This document shows positions 63,523-64,000 of a DNA stretch of 64,000 bases, piece after piece (position 1 is the first letter of the stretch; every line of letters begins with the position of its first letter). The DNA comes from a virus (taxonomy: Duplodnaviria; Heunggongvirae; Uroviricota; Caudoviricetes): the IMG/VR virus record IMGVR_UViG_3300021399_000097, one strand, 5' to 3'. The notes below the pieces were generated by a model, which ran no database searches, was not told the DNA's origin, and worked only from the letters and a program-made list of their open reading frames with translations. Made by a program: the position numbers and the translations under genes.

Positions 63523-64000
63523 ATGGCAACTGTAACTGGCCCCCTCTCTGCGGGGACATTAGTAAAAGCAGCGACTCATGCAAGTGCGAGTTCGCAATAT
63601 GGAAAAAAAATTAGTCCATCAACAAAAGGTACGGCAGCAAGTGGCTGGTATTGGGATACAGCGAATGTGGCAACTGGTAAATTAATTAGTCATACTAATT
63701 TAAAAAAATAGAGTTTTTCATCTAATGTTAGTGTTACCATTAAAGCACCATGTGCTTATACTGTTACATGTAATGGGACAAGTAAAAGTGGAAGCAGAGG
63801 AACAACTACTTTTACTTTTCCTGTTACCACCACTGGTCAATATGCTGTTGTAAGTACATTAACTGGAAGTGCTACTTCCCGGAATGGTGGAGAGTATACA
63901 AAAACTACTTATGCTACTGTTAGTTCAACAGCAACTGCAGTAGCCACAGCTTAGACTTACTATCAATGGCTATGGAGAAGTGGATATGGCAGCTGTACTT
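63523..64000 (+). CDS. hypothetical structural protein (partial, TAG-containing)
   Basis: GGGGG SD. Continues beyond the window. Confidence 0.35.

Noticed and set aside
1-64000. Interpreting the in-frame TAGs as genuine stops, i.e. a genome full of pseudogenes or split genes
   Set aside because: Frames continue across TAG with conserved motifs intact, the fragments lack independent starts and SDs, and true termini use TAA or TGA in ATGA/TAATG overlaps. Pseudogenisation would not spare all TAA and TGA codons.
1-64000. TGA or TAA recoding in addition to TAG
   Set aside because: TGA and TAA occur at natural gene ends with overlapping downstream starts, and I found none in-frame inside conserved domains.
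1-64000. CRISPR arrays, integrase/attachment sites or transposases
   Set aside because: No spacer-repeat structure, and no recombinase or transposase-like ORF in any frame with or without TAG readthrough.

Overview
This is a contiguous piece of a large, AT-rich (about 30% GC) tailed-phage genome with near-total coding density. The most important observation is that TAG (amber) is read as a sense codon across the whole window, probably as Gln, while only TAA and TGA end genes. The supplied standard-code ORF track therefore breaks many real genes into fragments. Examples are the RecJ-like exonuclease, a GIY-YIG nuclease, the endolysin, PhoH2, a radical-SAM/SPASM enzyme, RuvC, dUTPase and all the tail fibers. 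I re-joined those fragments by reading through TAG.

Layout of the window:
- 1-43,000 is a minus-strand replication and accessory module. It holds DnaE, a Dda/RecD-like helicase, RecJ, primase, DnaB, Sak4, an SSB-like protein, NAD-ligase, topoisomerase II A and B subunits, RNase H and a holin/endolysin cassette. It also holds a large tRNA/RNA-repair toolkit: a split Pnkp-like kinase plus metallophosphoesterase, a lambda-type phosphatase, an Rnl-type RNA ligase, a Thg1-like protein, a nucleotidyltransferase, further metallophosphoesterases and a SLOG protein. Seventeen near-identical sigma70-type promoters (TTGAnn, 17 nt, TGnTATAAT) sit on the minus strand, 15 of them in this module, and each lies upstream of a minus-strand gene.
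- 43,246-47,558 is a plus-strand block of small TAG-containing genes. It includes a Gly-rich membrane/coiled-coil protein, a C1q/BclA-like protein, an HExxH peptidase-like protein and a 286-codon protein with about 50 Cys spaced every fourth residue.
- 47,575-52,123 is a minus-strand island with two of the same sigma70-type promoters. It encodes a radical-SAM/SPASM maturase with two small paralogs upstream, a membrane protein, RuvC and dUTPase.
- 52,218 to the window end is a plus-strand tail-fiber block: a 1,010-aa fiber, a 634-aa tandem-LamG receptor-binding protein, and a single 2,105-codon giant fiber reading frame, all TAG-recoded.

The leading candidate for a new system is the Cys-repeat protein next to the rSAM/SPASM operon, which could be a substrate-maturase pair making a thioether-cross-linked protein. 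I found no suppressor tRNA and no release-factor gene in this window. Coordinates for the genes I extended by hand are approximate, within a few nucleotides.
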